Shown here piece after piece: positions 1-12,909 of a stretch of DNA of 64,000 nt. Under the pieces are notes generated by a model, which was given only the letters and a program-made list of their open reading frames with translations, had not been told where the DNA came from and made no database searches. How positions within the stretch are numbered: the stretch's first letter is position 1; every line of letters starts with the position of its first letter. Source of the stretch: Malacoraja senta (lineage: Eukaryota); contig CM075993.1 of the NCBI GenBank assembly GCA_038087875.1, forward strand, positions 6,450,001-6,514,000, given 5' to 3'. Made by a program: the position numbers and the translations under genes.

Positions 1-565
1 TTACGGAGAGTGGGTATGTCAAGGAGGACTCTCTCTAACTTCTACAGGTGCACAGTAGAGAGCATGCTGACCGGTTGCATCGTGGCTTGGTTCGGCAACT
101 TGAGCGCCCAGGAGTGGAAAAGACTGTAAAAAGTTGTCAACACTGCCCAGTCCATCATCGGCTCTGACCTCCCTACCATCGAGGGGATCTATCACAGTCG
201 CTGCCTCAAAAAGGCTGGCAGCATCATCAAGGACCCACACCATCCTGGCCACACACTCATCTCCCCGCTGCCATCAGGTAGAAGGTACAGGAGCCTGAAA
301 TCTGCAACATCCAGGTTCAGGAACAGCTGCTTCCCCACAGCCATCAGGCTATTAAACACAACTTCAAACAAAGTATGAACTATAACAGCCTAGTGCACTT
401 TATCTGTTTATTGATGTGTGTTTATATATATATATTCTATGGTATATGGACACACTGATCTGATCTGTATTTATGACTACAATATCCTGTTGTGCTGCAG
501 CAAAGCAAGAATTTCATTGTCCTATCTGGGACACATGACAATAAACTCTCTTGACTCTTGACTCT
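1..565 (+). mobile_element. Rex1/Babar-like LINE 3' end
   Basis: [19 protein letters not shown]...[25 protein letters not shown]; tail caataaactctc(ttgactc)n. Confidence 0.88.
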
Positions 566-3500
566 AATCAAAGTAGATTGTCCTCGAAACCATTCACACC
601 ATCTGATAATGTGATCTTGGAGCGGACGGTGGGACTAACAGATTTGTGCCGTACGCCTCGTTTTGGGAATATTTTGAACCTATCCATCCTTTTGTGATGA
701 TTGTCTGAATGAATGTCGACCACGTTTAGTTTAGTTTAGTTTAGTTTAGTTTAGATACAGCGAGGAAACAGGCCCTTCGGCCCTCCCCGCGCTGACTAGC
801 GATCCCCGCACATTAACACTACCCTACGCACACACTAGGGACAATTTTACATTTACACCAAACCAATTAACCAACAACCCTGTACGTCTTTGGAGTGTGG
901 GAGGAAACCGAAGATCTCGGAGAAAACCCACGCAGGTCGCGGGGAGAACGTACAAACTCCGTACAGGCAGCACCCACAGTCAGGATCGAACCCGAGTCCA
1001 CGGTCCTGTGAGGCAGCAACTCTACTGCTACTCCACCGTGCGGCCACCTTGATGAATCTTGTAGATATTAGATGGGTATCCTCAGACAAACCAAAATACT
1101 GTGCAGTAAACCCTTCTTACAGGGGGCCATGGTGGAGGGCGGGGCGGGGGAATGTTGAGAAACTTGTCTCAATGTTTCTTAAATGTTGGGGAAAGTCCCT
1201 GCCTCAACGACCTCCTCCAGCAGCTCTTTTCCATACACCCACCACCCTGTGTGTGTGAAAAAGTCACCCCTTGGTAACCATTTCCACTTTGGCACCGTTG
1301 ATGCTGATTGAGGCATGAACTCCACCTCTCTTCCTGAGTGAATAACTAGCTCCTGTGTCTTGCCGACATTGAGGGAGAGTTTGTTGCCCTGACACGATGT
1401 CACTAAGTTCCCTAGCTCCTTCCTCCACCCCGTCTAGTCACGCAGGACAATAAAGGACCATTGAAGTGTAGAACCATTGAACCATTGATGGGCTGTGTGG
1501 GGGGGGAGAGCACGAAACAGAAGGGGAAGTCTGCGTTGATGAATAACACCAGCCTCAAGTCGAGTTCACCGACGCCACGATCAGGAACGGAGTTTAGTTT
1601 AGAGATCCAGCGCGGAAACAGGCCCTTCGGCCCACCGGGTCCGCACCGACCGGCGATCCCCACCGACCAGCGATCCCCGCACATTAACACTATCCCACAC
1701 CCACTAGGGATAATTTTTACATTTACCAAGCCAATTCACCTACAAACCTTGTACGTCTTTGGAGTGTGGGAGGAAACCGAAGATCTCGAAGAAAACCCAC
1801 GCAGGACGTGGGCTGAACATGCAAACTCCGTACAGACAGCACCCGTAGTCGGGATTGAACCTAGGTCTCCGGCGCTGCATTCGCTGTCAGGCAGCAACTC
1901 TACCGCTGCGCTGCGGTGAGCGCCCAGTTTAAGGGCCCCACACCTCCCCAGCTGCCGATATCTGCCCGGCAACAGGGCAATGAGCCACGGAGGCGATAAG
2001 TCTCCTAAAGCATGAGGGAGTCGGGGTTTAGTCAGTAGAAACAAGGAAATGCAGGCGCTGGTTTACAAAAAAGGACACAAAGTGCTGGAGTAACTCAATG
2101 GGTCAGGCAGCTTAAGGTCATAATGTCATAAGGGATAGGAGTAGAATTAGGCCATTCGGCCCATCACGTCTACTCCGCCATTCAATCATGTTGTCGTGCT
2201 GCCCGACCTGCTGAGTTACTCCAGCACTTTGTGATCTACATCCTTCATCAGCACTGTGGCAGCGTCTTCAGCAGAAGTTCAACACTAGGTCAAGTAGGCA
2301 GCTCACTGACACCATAACACTTTCTTCTCCTTACTACAATCAAACCTAAAATCCACTCCCCTTTCCCCTTCCCCTCTGCCCTGCCACCTTTCACAGTCAC
2401 AGAAATGCTGGAGTAACTCAGCGGGACAGGCAGCATCTCTGGAGAGAAGGAATGGGTGACGTTTTGGGTCGGGACCCTTCTTCAGACTGCAGATGCTGGT
2501 TTACAAAGAAGGTGCTGGCTCGAAGGGCCGAATGGCCTACCCCTGCACCTATTGTCTATTGACACAAAGTGCTGGAGTAACTCAGCGGGAGTCTGAAGAT
2601 GGGTCTCGAACCGAAACATCACCCATTCCTTCTCTCCAGACGCTGCCTGTCCCGCTGAGTTAATCAAACTTTTTGTGTCTATCTTCAGTTGAAACCAGCA
2701 TCTGCAGTTCCTTCCTGCATCTATATCCTTTCCTCTGGCTTCACATTTCACACCTCTTATCTCCTGATCTTCTTATCTCGCAGCCTCTTGTCTTTTCATC
2801 TCTGGCCAGTGACCAAACATCCACCAATACCCCCTCCCCCCCACCTCACCTGTATCCACCTATCACTTGCAAGGCTTTGTCCTGCCCTCAGATCTTCTTG
2901 CCCCCATTCCAATTAAACTGAGGAAGGGTCCCGACCAGAAACATTGCCTATCCATGTCCTCTCCAGAGATGCTACCTGTCCTGCTGAGTTACTCCAGCTT
3001 TTTGAATCTATCTTCGGTTGAAACCAGCATCTGCAGGTCCTGCCGACACATTGTGAATGGTTCAGAAGGGTTTCAGTTTCAGTTTAGTTTATTGCCACGT
3101 GTACCGAGGTGCAGTGAAAAGCTTTTGTTGCGGCTAACCAGTCAGCGGAAAGACAATACATGATTACAATCGAGCCATTTACAGTGTACACATACATGAT
3201 AAGTGAATAACGTTCAGCGCAAGGTAAAGCCAGCAAAGTCCGATCAAGGATAGTCCGAGGGTCACCAATGAGGTAGATAGTAGTTCAACGCTGCTCTCTG
3301 GTTGTGGTAGGATGGTGACATTGCCTGATAACAGCTGGTAAGTAAAGGGCCTGTCCCACTTACGCGACTTTTACAGCGACTGCCGGCACCCGTCATAGGT
3401 CGTTGCAGGTCGCCGAAAAAGGTCAACATGTTGAAAATCCAGCGGTGACCAGCGATCCCCGCACGTTAACATTATCCTACACCCACTAGGGACAATGTTT

Positions 3501-4256
3501 ACATTTACATGGCTATGGGAGGAAACCGAAGAACCTGGAAAAAAAACCACGCAGGTCAAGAGAGTTTATTGTCATGTGTCCCTGATAGGACAATGAAATT
3601 CTTGCTTTGCTTCAGCACAACAGAACATAATAGGCATGAATACAGAACAGATCAGTGTGTCCATATACCATTATATAAATATATACACACATGAATAAAT
3701 AAACTGATGAAGTGCAAATAACAGATAATAGTAAGATTAAACGAGAACTTACCAGTTTGAAGTTTGATCTGTATTTTATGAGGAGTTACGATGAGTGACT
3801 ACGTGAAGAGCCCGTCCAGCACGCATGCGCGACATTAGCGTTCACGCAGTGCAACAGCGACGACCGGGAGTACAGGCGCTCCCGCTACAAGTTTAAACAG
3901 CGGACCATCAGGTAAGTCTTACTCTGAGGTCGTAATCAGCAAGCTGTGCTCTGCTCTGTATTCCAGGGAAACTGGGAAAAATGAGTAAAGCACTGCAAAG
4001 GAAGAAAACCGCCCCCCGTTCGAATCCAACAGAACGGGAGTGTCCCATCAGTGGGGGGCGAGAGGCAGCACCTGGACCGCATATGCTGCGGCACACCCTC
4101 ATCGAGACCGAGCCGAGCCCAGTACCGCTAGCGTAGCCTGATGAACAGCAGCGGGCTGGAGGCAAATCAAGGGTAAAAACATACCGGCCGGTTATGTCTC
4201 ACTCCGATGAGGAGGACTGTCCGCCTTAGAGCGGCAGAGCTAGCTGCCTGAGCCGC

Positions 4257-5050
4257 ATGGAAAGGCTCATGGAGCAAATGCTCCAGCGAGACTTGCTTCG
4301 GGAGCTGGAGCAGTCTCGCCAAGGGAACTCAGGCAATCCCACATCAGTGCTCTACAATGCACTGGCCATCGCTTTCCCCTCAGCCGAGGGCAGCATTGGC
4401 GACCAGGGCTGGGCTGGTCAGCAACATGGGTCATTGGCTGAAGATGTCGGGAGTACGCTTGGGGTACAGGATCAGGAAGAGCTGCTGGGTGTGGAGATTC
4501 GCTACGTGGTTACACCACGAGCAGGGCGGCCATTGGAGCCAAAGCTGGCGGCCAGCATCAACCACCTGTCCCTCAAACCCTTACAAAATCAGGGGGGGTA
4601 TGTTGGACAGAGGATCCGGAGCCAGGAGCTAAAATTACAACGCATCCTCAAGCTCCTGATAACAGGGATAACATCCTATGCTCGTTCCGTGGATGGGGTG
4701 GATATGACCACAAACCAGCAAGACACTCTGGCTCTGCTGTGCAACACCCAATATGAGATAAACAACCTCCGCAAGGAGAGAATAAGACCTGCCCTCAATC
4801 CCAGGTTTGCAGGACTGTGTAAAACACCGGCCTCAGAGCCGCAGATCCTGTTATTTGGAAGGGCAAGTGAAAGACCTGGAGGAAGAGTCCAAAGCATTTG
4901 GCCTCATGAGGGCAGGCCCCGGAACGAGCAGACCCACACAAAAAAACAGACGGCAGTACCCCACCGCGTCCACCAGTCGAGGTCAAATTTATGGAACTGG
5001 TGAAAGCTCGGGGTCCGCATACTATCCCCGAAAGCCTTTTTAGGCCAGGG
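4257..5050 (+). pseudogene. DIRS gag-like ORF1, frameshifted
   Basis: Lies upstream of RT; ...DTLALLCNTQYEINNLRKERIRPALNP...LLFG pattern seen in DIRS ORF1. Confidence 0.6.
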
Positions 5051-5209
5051 CCCGGAGCGGACCCCATGGAAAATGCGCCACCCCCAATCAGCAGTACATC
5101 CAGCAGTACAACGACGGATGAACAAACTGATTAAAGGAACACTACCATAACTATGGAGGTAGGTGGGTCTGGTTCCTACCAGCATGTAAAAGTGGGGGAA
5201 CTGTACTAA

Positions 5210-7220
5210 CAGGGGGGAGATTACACCTATTCATTGAAGCATGGAGGTGTCTCATGAATGATAGTTATATACTTAACAGTATTCGGGGATACAAAATAGA
5301 GTTCATTCAAGAAAACATGCCACCAGTTCAGCACGTACCCCAAAGGGTCTTTACCCTCTCGGTCAAAGAGAAACTAGAGGCTCAAGCAGAACTGGTGCGG
5401 TTACTTACAAAGGGTGTCATTGAGAAATCCAAACATGAACCTTTGGAATTTGTCTCAAATATATTTACCAAAAGCAAAAAAGATGGTGGATGTCGCATCA
5501 TCATTGACTTAACCTCACTAAATACCTTTGTTAAGTATGTACATTTCAAAATGGAAACATTTGTAACCGCTAAACAACTGATTTCCAAAGGATCCTTTAT
5601 GGCAAGCATTAATAATATATAATAATAACTTTATTTATAAAGCACTTTAAACAACCACAGTTGCCACAAAGTGCTGTACATGAGAAATCATGAACAAAAA
5701 GCTATTACAAACAATTAAAAACCATTAATTTAAAAGATGCCTACTATTCAGTACCCATTCATAAGGGTCATCGCAGATACCTGAAATTTACCTGGATGGG
5801 GCAACTATGGCAGTATAAAGCAAAGATACTCTAGTATCTTTGGTATAAAGCATTGCCTAATGGGTTGACATCAGCCCTAGACTATTTACCAAGATATTAA
5901 AACCAGCCTTGGCAACATTAAGAAAACAAAGACATATTGTCATGGCATATCTTGATGATATCCTAATAGTAGGCAAAACCATGAAGTTGGCTAAATCAGC
6001 TGTATTAGCTACCAAACAATTGTTTGAAACCCTGGGATTTGTCATACATCCAGATAAATCTAAGTTGACGCCATCCACAACTATCTGGGATTCACAATTA
6101 ACTCAGTCCACATGTCTGTAACGTTGCCAAAAGGTAAAGCAGCAGAATTGGCACAGACGTGCAACAATTTAATGGTAAGCAATCGACCAACCATCCGACA
6201 AGTGGCAAGAGTAATTGGCAAAATGGTAGCAGTATTTCCAGCTACACAATTTGGACCCCTGCACTATCAGCACCTACGAAGGGCAAAAGTACAGGCGTTG
6301 AAACGACATGCAGGTCACTTTGACCGAACCATGAAACTACCCATTGAAGCAATATCAGAGTTACAATGGTGGATAGAACACATTTGGCATAGTTCCAGCC
6401 CTATCATCATCAATAACCCAACGTTAACTATACAAACAGATGCCAGTGCTCAAGGCTGGGGAGCAACTAATACCATATCCAGCACAGGTGGTAGATGGAC
6501 TAACCTAGAATCATCTTTACTACAAACACTGGGCATAAATTATTTGGAAATGTTGGGTGCGTTTTATGGTTTAAAAGCATATTCTAGGAATATGCACCAT
6601 TTGCATGTTCGTTTACAAATTGAGAATATCACGGTGGTGGCCTATATTAACCATATGGGCGGAATAAAATCTATATCATGTGACAATTTGGTCAACACAA
6701 TCTGGTAATGGTGGGTCGATAGACATATTTGGCTATCAGCAACTTACCTACCAGGTAAGCTAAATACAGTGCCAGGTCACGCAAATTCAATGATAAACAC
6801 CGAATGGATGTTAAATCATAGAGCTTTTGCTAAAATTACAAACCAATATGGCACACCAGATATCGATCTCTTTGCATCCAGACTAAATCACCACGTACCA
6901 ATGTATGTCCCTTGGGAACCACACCCTGAGGCAGCAGCGATAGATGCATTCGCGCTGAACTGGGGGACCTATTTCTTCTATGCTTTTCCCCCCTTCTGCC
7001 TTAATCTGTAGGGTACTACGCAAAATACAGATGGACTCTGCTTCAGGTATTTTGATTGTACCAACTGGCCTACACAGCCATGGTTCCCAGTGGTCCTTGA
7101 CATGGTCATCGAAACTCCTATGACCTTTCCCAGTAGCCCAGACCTATTGACGCACCCTGTATCAGGCATAAGTCATCCATGCCATGACAAAATTAACCTA
7201 CTGGGTTGCAGATTATCAAA
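5210..7220 (+). pseudogene. DIRS pol: RT, RNase H and Dam-like methyltransferase domain, disrupted
   Basis: GRLHLF..W, GYKIEF, KKDGGCRIIIDL, HFKMET, LKDAYYSVP, YLDD, TDAS, EWML, IDLFASRLN, YAFPPF, QPWFP. Confidence 0.9.
5614..5722 (-). mobile_element. L2-type LINE/SINE 3' tail inserted in DIRS RT
   Basis: agcactttgtggcaactgtggttgtttaaagtgctttataaataaag plus (tta)n-like tail; 7-bp TSD cattaat at 5607-5613 and 5723-5729. Confidence 0.75.
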
Positions 7221-7274
7221 AGACCACTGCTGGGACTGGGGTGTCTGACAGGACCATCAACATGATGACACCGT

Positions 7275-8170
7275 ATGTCCACCAGGAAACAATACCTATC
7301 GAGCATCAGGAAGTGGGAAAGATACTGCTCGACTACTGGGACAACGTACTCATCTGCAACCATAACCAATGTACTGGAGTTCCTGGGGGGCCTTCACCAT
7401 AATGAAGGATTGAGCTACAGCGCCATCAATACTGCCAGACGTGCGCTGTCAGCCTACTTAAAACAGGTGCCAGGACAACAGGCCATAGGGTCTCACCCGC
7501 TGGTGATCAAACTCATGAGGAGTATAGTCAACTCCAACCCTCTTAGACCTAGGTATACCCAAATCTGGGATGTCAGTGTGGTCCTGACATACCTAAGGGG
7601 ATGGTCCCCAGCCGGGTCTCTCACCCTGGAAAAGCTAACCCTGAAAACGGTCATGCTGATGACACTAGTCTCAGCACAAAGAGTCCAGTCCCTCCACTTG
7701 CTGCGACTGGACAACATGGTTATAACACCAGACCGGGTCTCATTCACCATTCAGGAGCTGCTAAAGCAGAGCAGGCCAGGAACTTGAGTCCTAGTTATGG
7801 ATTTCCGGGCATACCCACCTGACCTACGGTTGTGTGTCATGACTCACTTATTCACTTACATCAACACAACAAGAGATTCTCGAGGGAGAAAAAAGAAGAA
7901 AAAAAAAGAAAGAAAAAAAAGCCTTATGGGTCAGCTACAAGAAACCTCCTGGTTGGGTGTCGACCAAACCATCTCAAGATGGCTCAAGCAGGTACTGGGA
8001 GCTGCTGGAGTAGATACTGATGTATATACATCTCACTCCACCAGGGCAGCATCCACATCGGCGGCTAAAAGAATGAACATGGAGAAAACGTTCCAAACGT
8101 TCTACCACAAGCCGCTAGCAGAACCTGTGTTATTTGCAGAAAGAGTTTTAGAATCTGCAAAAATATATAA
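7275..8170 (+). pseudogene. DIRS tyrosine recombinase, disrupted
   Basis: STRKQY..., SAQRVQSL (catalytic R), HSTRAASTS (HxxR), TFQTFY (Y); in-frame stop, A-rich expansion at 7888-7920 and a deletion before the Y. Confidence 0.88.
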
Positions 8171-8336
8171 TTTAAGCCCGGGGGAGCATTTTGTCTTTTG
8201 TTATTGTTTAATAGATACCATTATTGTTTACAAACAGATTATGGTTGATTACGATAACATACTTCCTCCCTTGAATGACTTCGGCAGCGAGTGAAGTATG
8301 AACTGTTACACGGTTTGAAATCACAGAGCTTTAAAA

Positions 8337-8449
8337 TCTTCACGTAGTCACTCATGTGACTCCGAAGTAAAATAGTAAGATTAAACGAGAACTTACCAGT
8401 TTGAAGTTTGATCTGTATTTTATGAGGAGTTACGATGAGGGATTACGTG
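8337..8449 (+). repeat. DIRS internal complementary region (ICR)
   Basis: 8337-8355 is the reverse complement of 3791-3809; 8371-8449 is complementary to the right terminus. Confidence 0.9.
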
Positions 8450-11053
8450 CCCTCTGCTCCCACCCTCAATTATAGATCAACTGGTATCTTAGATCTCCTT
8501 TTCTTTACTATGTTTATTTCAATTATTGTGTTTCCTGTGATTCCACACCGCTGCTTTGAAGAATGTCGCGCATGCGTGCTGGACGGGCTCTTCACGTAAT
8601 CCCTCATTGTAACTCCTAATAAAATACAGATCAAACTTCAAACTGGTAAGTTCTCGTTTAATCTTACTATTAATGTTCAGAGTTTTGTCCGAGCCAAGTT
8701 TAATAGCCTGATGGCTGTGGGGAAGTAGATGTTCCTGAACCTGGATGTTGCAGATTTCAGGCTCCTGTACCTTCTACCTGAAGGTAGCGGAGAGATGAGT
8801 GTGTGGCCAGGATGGTGTGGGTCCTTGATGATGCTGCCAGCCTTTTTGAGGCAGCGACTGTGATAGATCCACTCGATGGAAGGGAGGTCAGAGCCGATGA
8901 TGGACTGGACAGTGTTTCCTATTTTTTGTAGTCTTTTCCGCTCCAGAGCGCTCAAGTTGCCGAACCAAGCCACGATGCAACCGGTCAGCATGCTCTCTAC
9001 TGTGCACCTGTAGAAGTTAGAGAGAGTCCTCCTTGACATACCGACTCTCCATAATCTTCTCAGGAAGTAGAGGCGCTGATGTGCTTTCTTAATAATAGCA
9101 TCAGTGTTCTCGGACCAGGAAAGATCTTCAGAGATGTGCACGCCCAGGAATTTGAAGCTCTTGACCCTTTCAACCATCGACCCGTTGATATAAATGGGAC
9201 TGTGGGTCCCCATCCTATTCCTTCCAAAGTCCACAATCAGTTCCTTGGTTTTGCTGGTGTTGAGGGCCAGGTTGTTGTGCTGGCACCATATGGACAGTCG
9301 CTCGATCTCTCTTCTATACTCTGACTCATCCCCATCAGTGATATGTCCCACAACAGTGGTGTGGTCAGCAAAATTGATGATGTAGTTCGCACTGTGACCG
9401 GCTACGCAGTCATGAGTATAGAGTGAGTACAGCAGGGGGCTGAGCACGCAGCCTTGAGGTGCTCCCGTGCTGATTGTTATCGAGGCTGACACATTTCCAC
9501 CAATACGAACAGACTGTGGTCTGTGAATGAGGAAGTCGAGGATCCAATTGCGGGGAGAATGTACAAACTCCATCCAGACAGCACCCGTGGTCAGGATCGA
9601 ACCTGGGTCTCTGACGCTATAAGGCAGCGACTCTACCGCTGCGCCACCGTGCTGCCCCAAAGAGGCGGGATGCTGCCCTGATATTCCATGGATGTATCGT
9701 TGAAAGAAGAATCCTGAGTTGTGTTGGTGTTTTGTCAGCGTATATACTGATCTGTGGCTGCAAGGAATGTAAAGAAAGGTATGGTGGTGCAACTTGTAGA
9801 GCTGCTGCCTCACAGCGCCAGAGTCCGCTGTTCGATGCTGGCATCGGGTGCTGTCTTTGTGTGGAGTTTGCACATTCTCCCCATGACCACATGGGTTTCC
9901 CCCGGGCGCTCCGGTTTCCTCCCACATCCCAAAAAGACGTGCGGGTTTGTAGGTCAATTGGCCCTCTGTAAATTGCCCCTGTTGTGTCGGGAGACAACGA
10001 GAAAGTGGAATAGCATAGAACTAGTGCGAACAGGAGATCAATGAGTTGGTATAGACTTGATGGGCCGAAGGGCATGGTTCCATGCTGTACCTCTAAATGA
10101 AACTCATCTACCAATTGCACCTCCTGCATGTTATCTTTTATGAATGAAGCACATTAATGAATTACCCAGTAGATACATTTTTGAAATGAGCAGAGTTGGA
10201 GATCACCACCATTTAGCAGATAGGATCAATCATAGAAAGAGTATAAAGGATGATGGATGGGAGTGGCACTAGAGAACAGGATGAGAAAACAGGTAAGATA
10301 ATGATGAGTAATGCATAGAGATGAGGCAGCTGAATAGAGATGAGATCGAGACAGAGATATGGTCAAGACCTGAAACGTCATCCATTCCTTCTCTCGAAAG
10401 ATGCTGCCTGTCCCGCTGAGTTACTCCAGCATTTTGTGTCTATCTTCGATAGAGACATAGGAGAGGTGAAGGCAAAGAGGTCAGTAGAGGGAGATGTGGA
10501 GGTACGTGGAGGAAGATTTAGAGAGATAAAAAGATATAGATAGATAGAGAGAGAGAGAGAGAGATAGAGAGATAGAGAGAGACACACACACACATACTGA
10601 AGATAGACAGACAAAGCTGGAGTAACTCAGCGGGACAGGCAACATGTCTGGAGAGAAGGAGTGGGTGACGTTTCTGGTCGAGACCCTTCTTCAGCTGACA
10701 CACTGAGACACAGACAGACAGACCGCAAGAGAGAAAGTTTTAAATGTACAAATGGACACAAAGTGCTGGAGTCACTCAATGGTTAATCTGAAGAAGAGTC
10801 CCAACCTGAAACGTCAGAGATGCTGCCTGACCTGCAGAGTTACTCCAGCACTTTGTATCCTTTGTGTAAACCAGCACCTGCAGTTCTTTGTTTCTATTTG
10901 TTCCATGTCACCAAAGAAGCAAAGTGGGGTGTGGTCTCTCTGGGGACGGGGTGATAATGGTGGGCTGTGGGGGACAGGATGATACACTGTGCAGTGTGAG
11001 GTGTGTACACATGGTCATTTTCACCGTGTTTCAAGGATACAGAGAAGATTTGT

Positions 11054-11763
11054 GGGCCTCTCCCACTTAGGCGACGTTTCAGGCGAGTGCAGGAGACTCT
11101 GCGCTCGCCACAAGGTCGCCACATGTTCGCTGGTGGTCTCTGGCGAGTCTCCTTCGTGGTGGCGAGGAGTTCCCGCATTCTGGGAACTAGTCGTGGCCTC
11201 AGTATGGTCGCCATGGAGAAAATCGATAATCCTGTAGTCGTAGGTGCAGTTGTAGTGGGGTCGCCATGTAGTTGACGGTAGTCGAGGTAGTCGTAGGTAG
11301 TTTTAGTTAATCGCCTTTGCTGACCGGTGAATTTCATTGGCTCATTGGGGACAAAATCATAAGCAGGAGTTTTCAGAACCACGGATAACCGACCGGTAAT
11401 GTTAAATGTCCGCCGAACTTCACAGCTGTGTATCTCTGGTTTCTTAAAAGTTGTCTCCACTCCTTCTCCCCCCTTCTCTCTCCCCCCCACCCACTCTACC
11501 CCCTTCTCCCCCCCTCTTTTAAAGGACTTACCGTACACTGTGCTTTAGCCGTCTTAATTACAGCGCCAACCTTCCTGTTCATCGCGGTGTGTGTCTGTAT
11601 TACCTTGGATTTGCACCGTGTGAATTTCAGACACACAGTGCAAAGCGATGTGTGTGTGCGTTCCACTCCGACAGTCGCCGTTCCAGTTCCTGGTTTTTCA
11701 GGCGACTGCCGGCAACTTGACAGCCGCTGGCAGTCCGCTGAAAAATCGCCGAATTGGGACAGG
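11054..11763. mobile_element. Harbinger-like MITE, ~710 bp; truncated relatives at 3346-3450 and 55344-55462
   Basis: Ends gggcctctcccacttaggcga ... tcgccgaattgggacagg. Confidence 0.7.
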
Positions 11764-12705
11764 ATTTTGCCAGGACTCGAGGGCCTGAGCTTTAGGGAGA
11801 GGTTGAGCAGGCTGGGACACTATTCCTTGGAGCGCAGGAGGATGAGTGGTGATCTTAGAGGGGCGTACAAAATCATGAGAGGAATAGAGCGGGTAGATGC
11901 ACAGAGCCTCTTGCCCAGAGTTGGGGAATCGAGAACCAAGGGACTTCCAGCATCAACAGTTCCTTCTTAAACATCTTGGACATACGTTTAAGGTGTGGGG
12001 GGGTGGGGGGGGAAGATTTAATAGGAATCTGAGGGGCAACTTTGTCACACAGTGGGTGTATGGAACAATCTGCCAGAGGAAGTAGTTGTGGAATGCACAA
12101 TCGCAATGTTTTAGGCACATTTGGACAGGTACATGGATAGGACAGGTTTAGACGTATATGGGCCAAACGCAGGCAGGTGGGACTAGTGTAGGTGGGACAT
12201 GTTGGCTGGTGTGGGCAAGTTGGGGGGAAGAGCCTGTTTCCACACTGTATCACTCTAAGACTCGATGACTCCATGTCTTCTGGTGCGGTTTAGATGCTCT
12301 GCCTGGCTTCGTGAGTGTGGAAAGCAATGGTGCAATCATCCGCACAGTCAACGGGTTTAATGACTGATCTAATGAACCATCTTCTTCCTCACAGACATCA
12401 AACGTGGAAACTTCCCCCTTGCTCACACCTCACAGGTGATCCACAGGACAGAACGCTCAACGACGGGGAACAGAGCGGCTGCAAGAACGGGGTTAAATTA
12501 TTGAATCAAGGAACTGCAGACACTGGTTTACAAGAAGAAAAGACACAAAGCGCTTGGAGTAACTCAGCGGGTCAGGCAGCATCTCTGGAGAACATGGAAA
12601 TGTGACCTGATCAGGTCAGCTCCCTTCTTCAGACTGCAGAAGTGTCCCGACCCGAAACATCACCTACCCTTGTCCTCCAGAGATGCTGCCTGACCCGCTG
12701 AGTAA

Positions 12706-12909
12706 AGGGCCTGTCCCACTTGGGTGTCATTTGCGCGTCACGCAGATGGCGCGCGAAGATTTTGTACATCCCAAAATCCTGGGACGCCGCGCGCGACAGG
12801 GCGTCACTGCCTACGTCACCACGTACCGTGCGCGGCACAACGTGCATCGTGACGCGTAAATGATGACGCGTAAATTACGCGCAAATGACGCCCAAGTGGG
12901 ACAGGCCCT
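12706..12909. mobile_element. PIF/Harbinger-like MITE, 204 bp
   Basis: 33-bp TIR agggcctgtcccacttggg(t/c)gtcatttgcgcgt; flanks taa and tta. Confidence 0.85.

Larger units (their letters stand above)
3726..8672 (+). mobile_element. DIRS1-like tyrosine-recombinase retrotransposon, decayed (gag-like, RT, RNase H, methyltransferase-like, YR)
   Basis: 111-bp inverted termini 3726-3836 and 8562-8672; internal complementary region 8337-8449; RT YLDD at 5948-5959; RNase H TDASxxGWG...INYLE; YR HSTR; multiple stops and frameshifts. Confidence 0.95.
3555..9550 (-). mobile_element. Rex1/Babar-like LINE (3555-3725 plus 8673-9550) split by the DIRS element
   Basis: RT motifs [11 protein letters not shown] and FAD, plus FLGV, in ORF 8677..9957; 3'UTR continues across the DIRS and matches the copy at 20793-21125. 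Confidence 0.9.

Noticed and set aside
8677..9957. 426-aa ORF as a host gene
   Set aside because: Chance fusion of SINE-derived sequence to a truncated Rex1-like RT.
12395..12435. Plus-strand micro-exon after cttcttcctcacag
   Set aside because: The donor gtgatc is poor and no partner exons were found.
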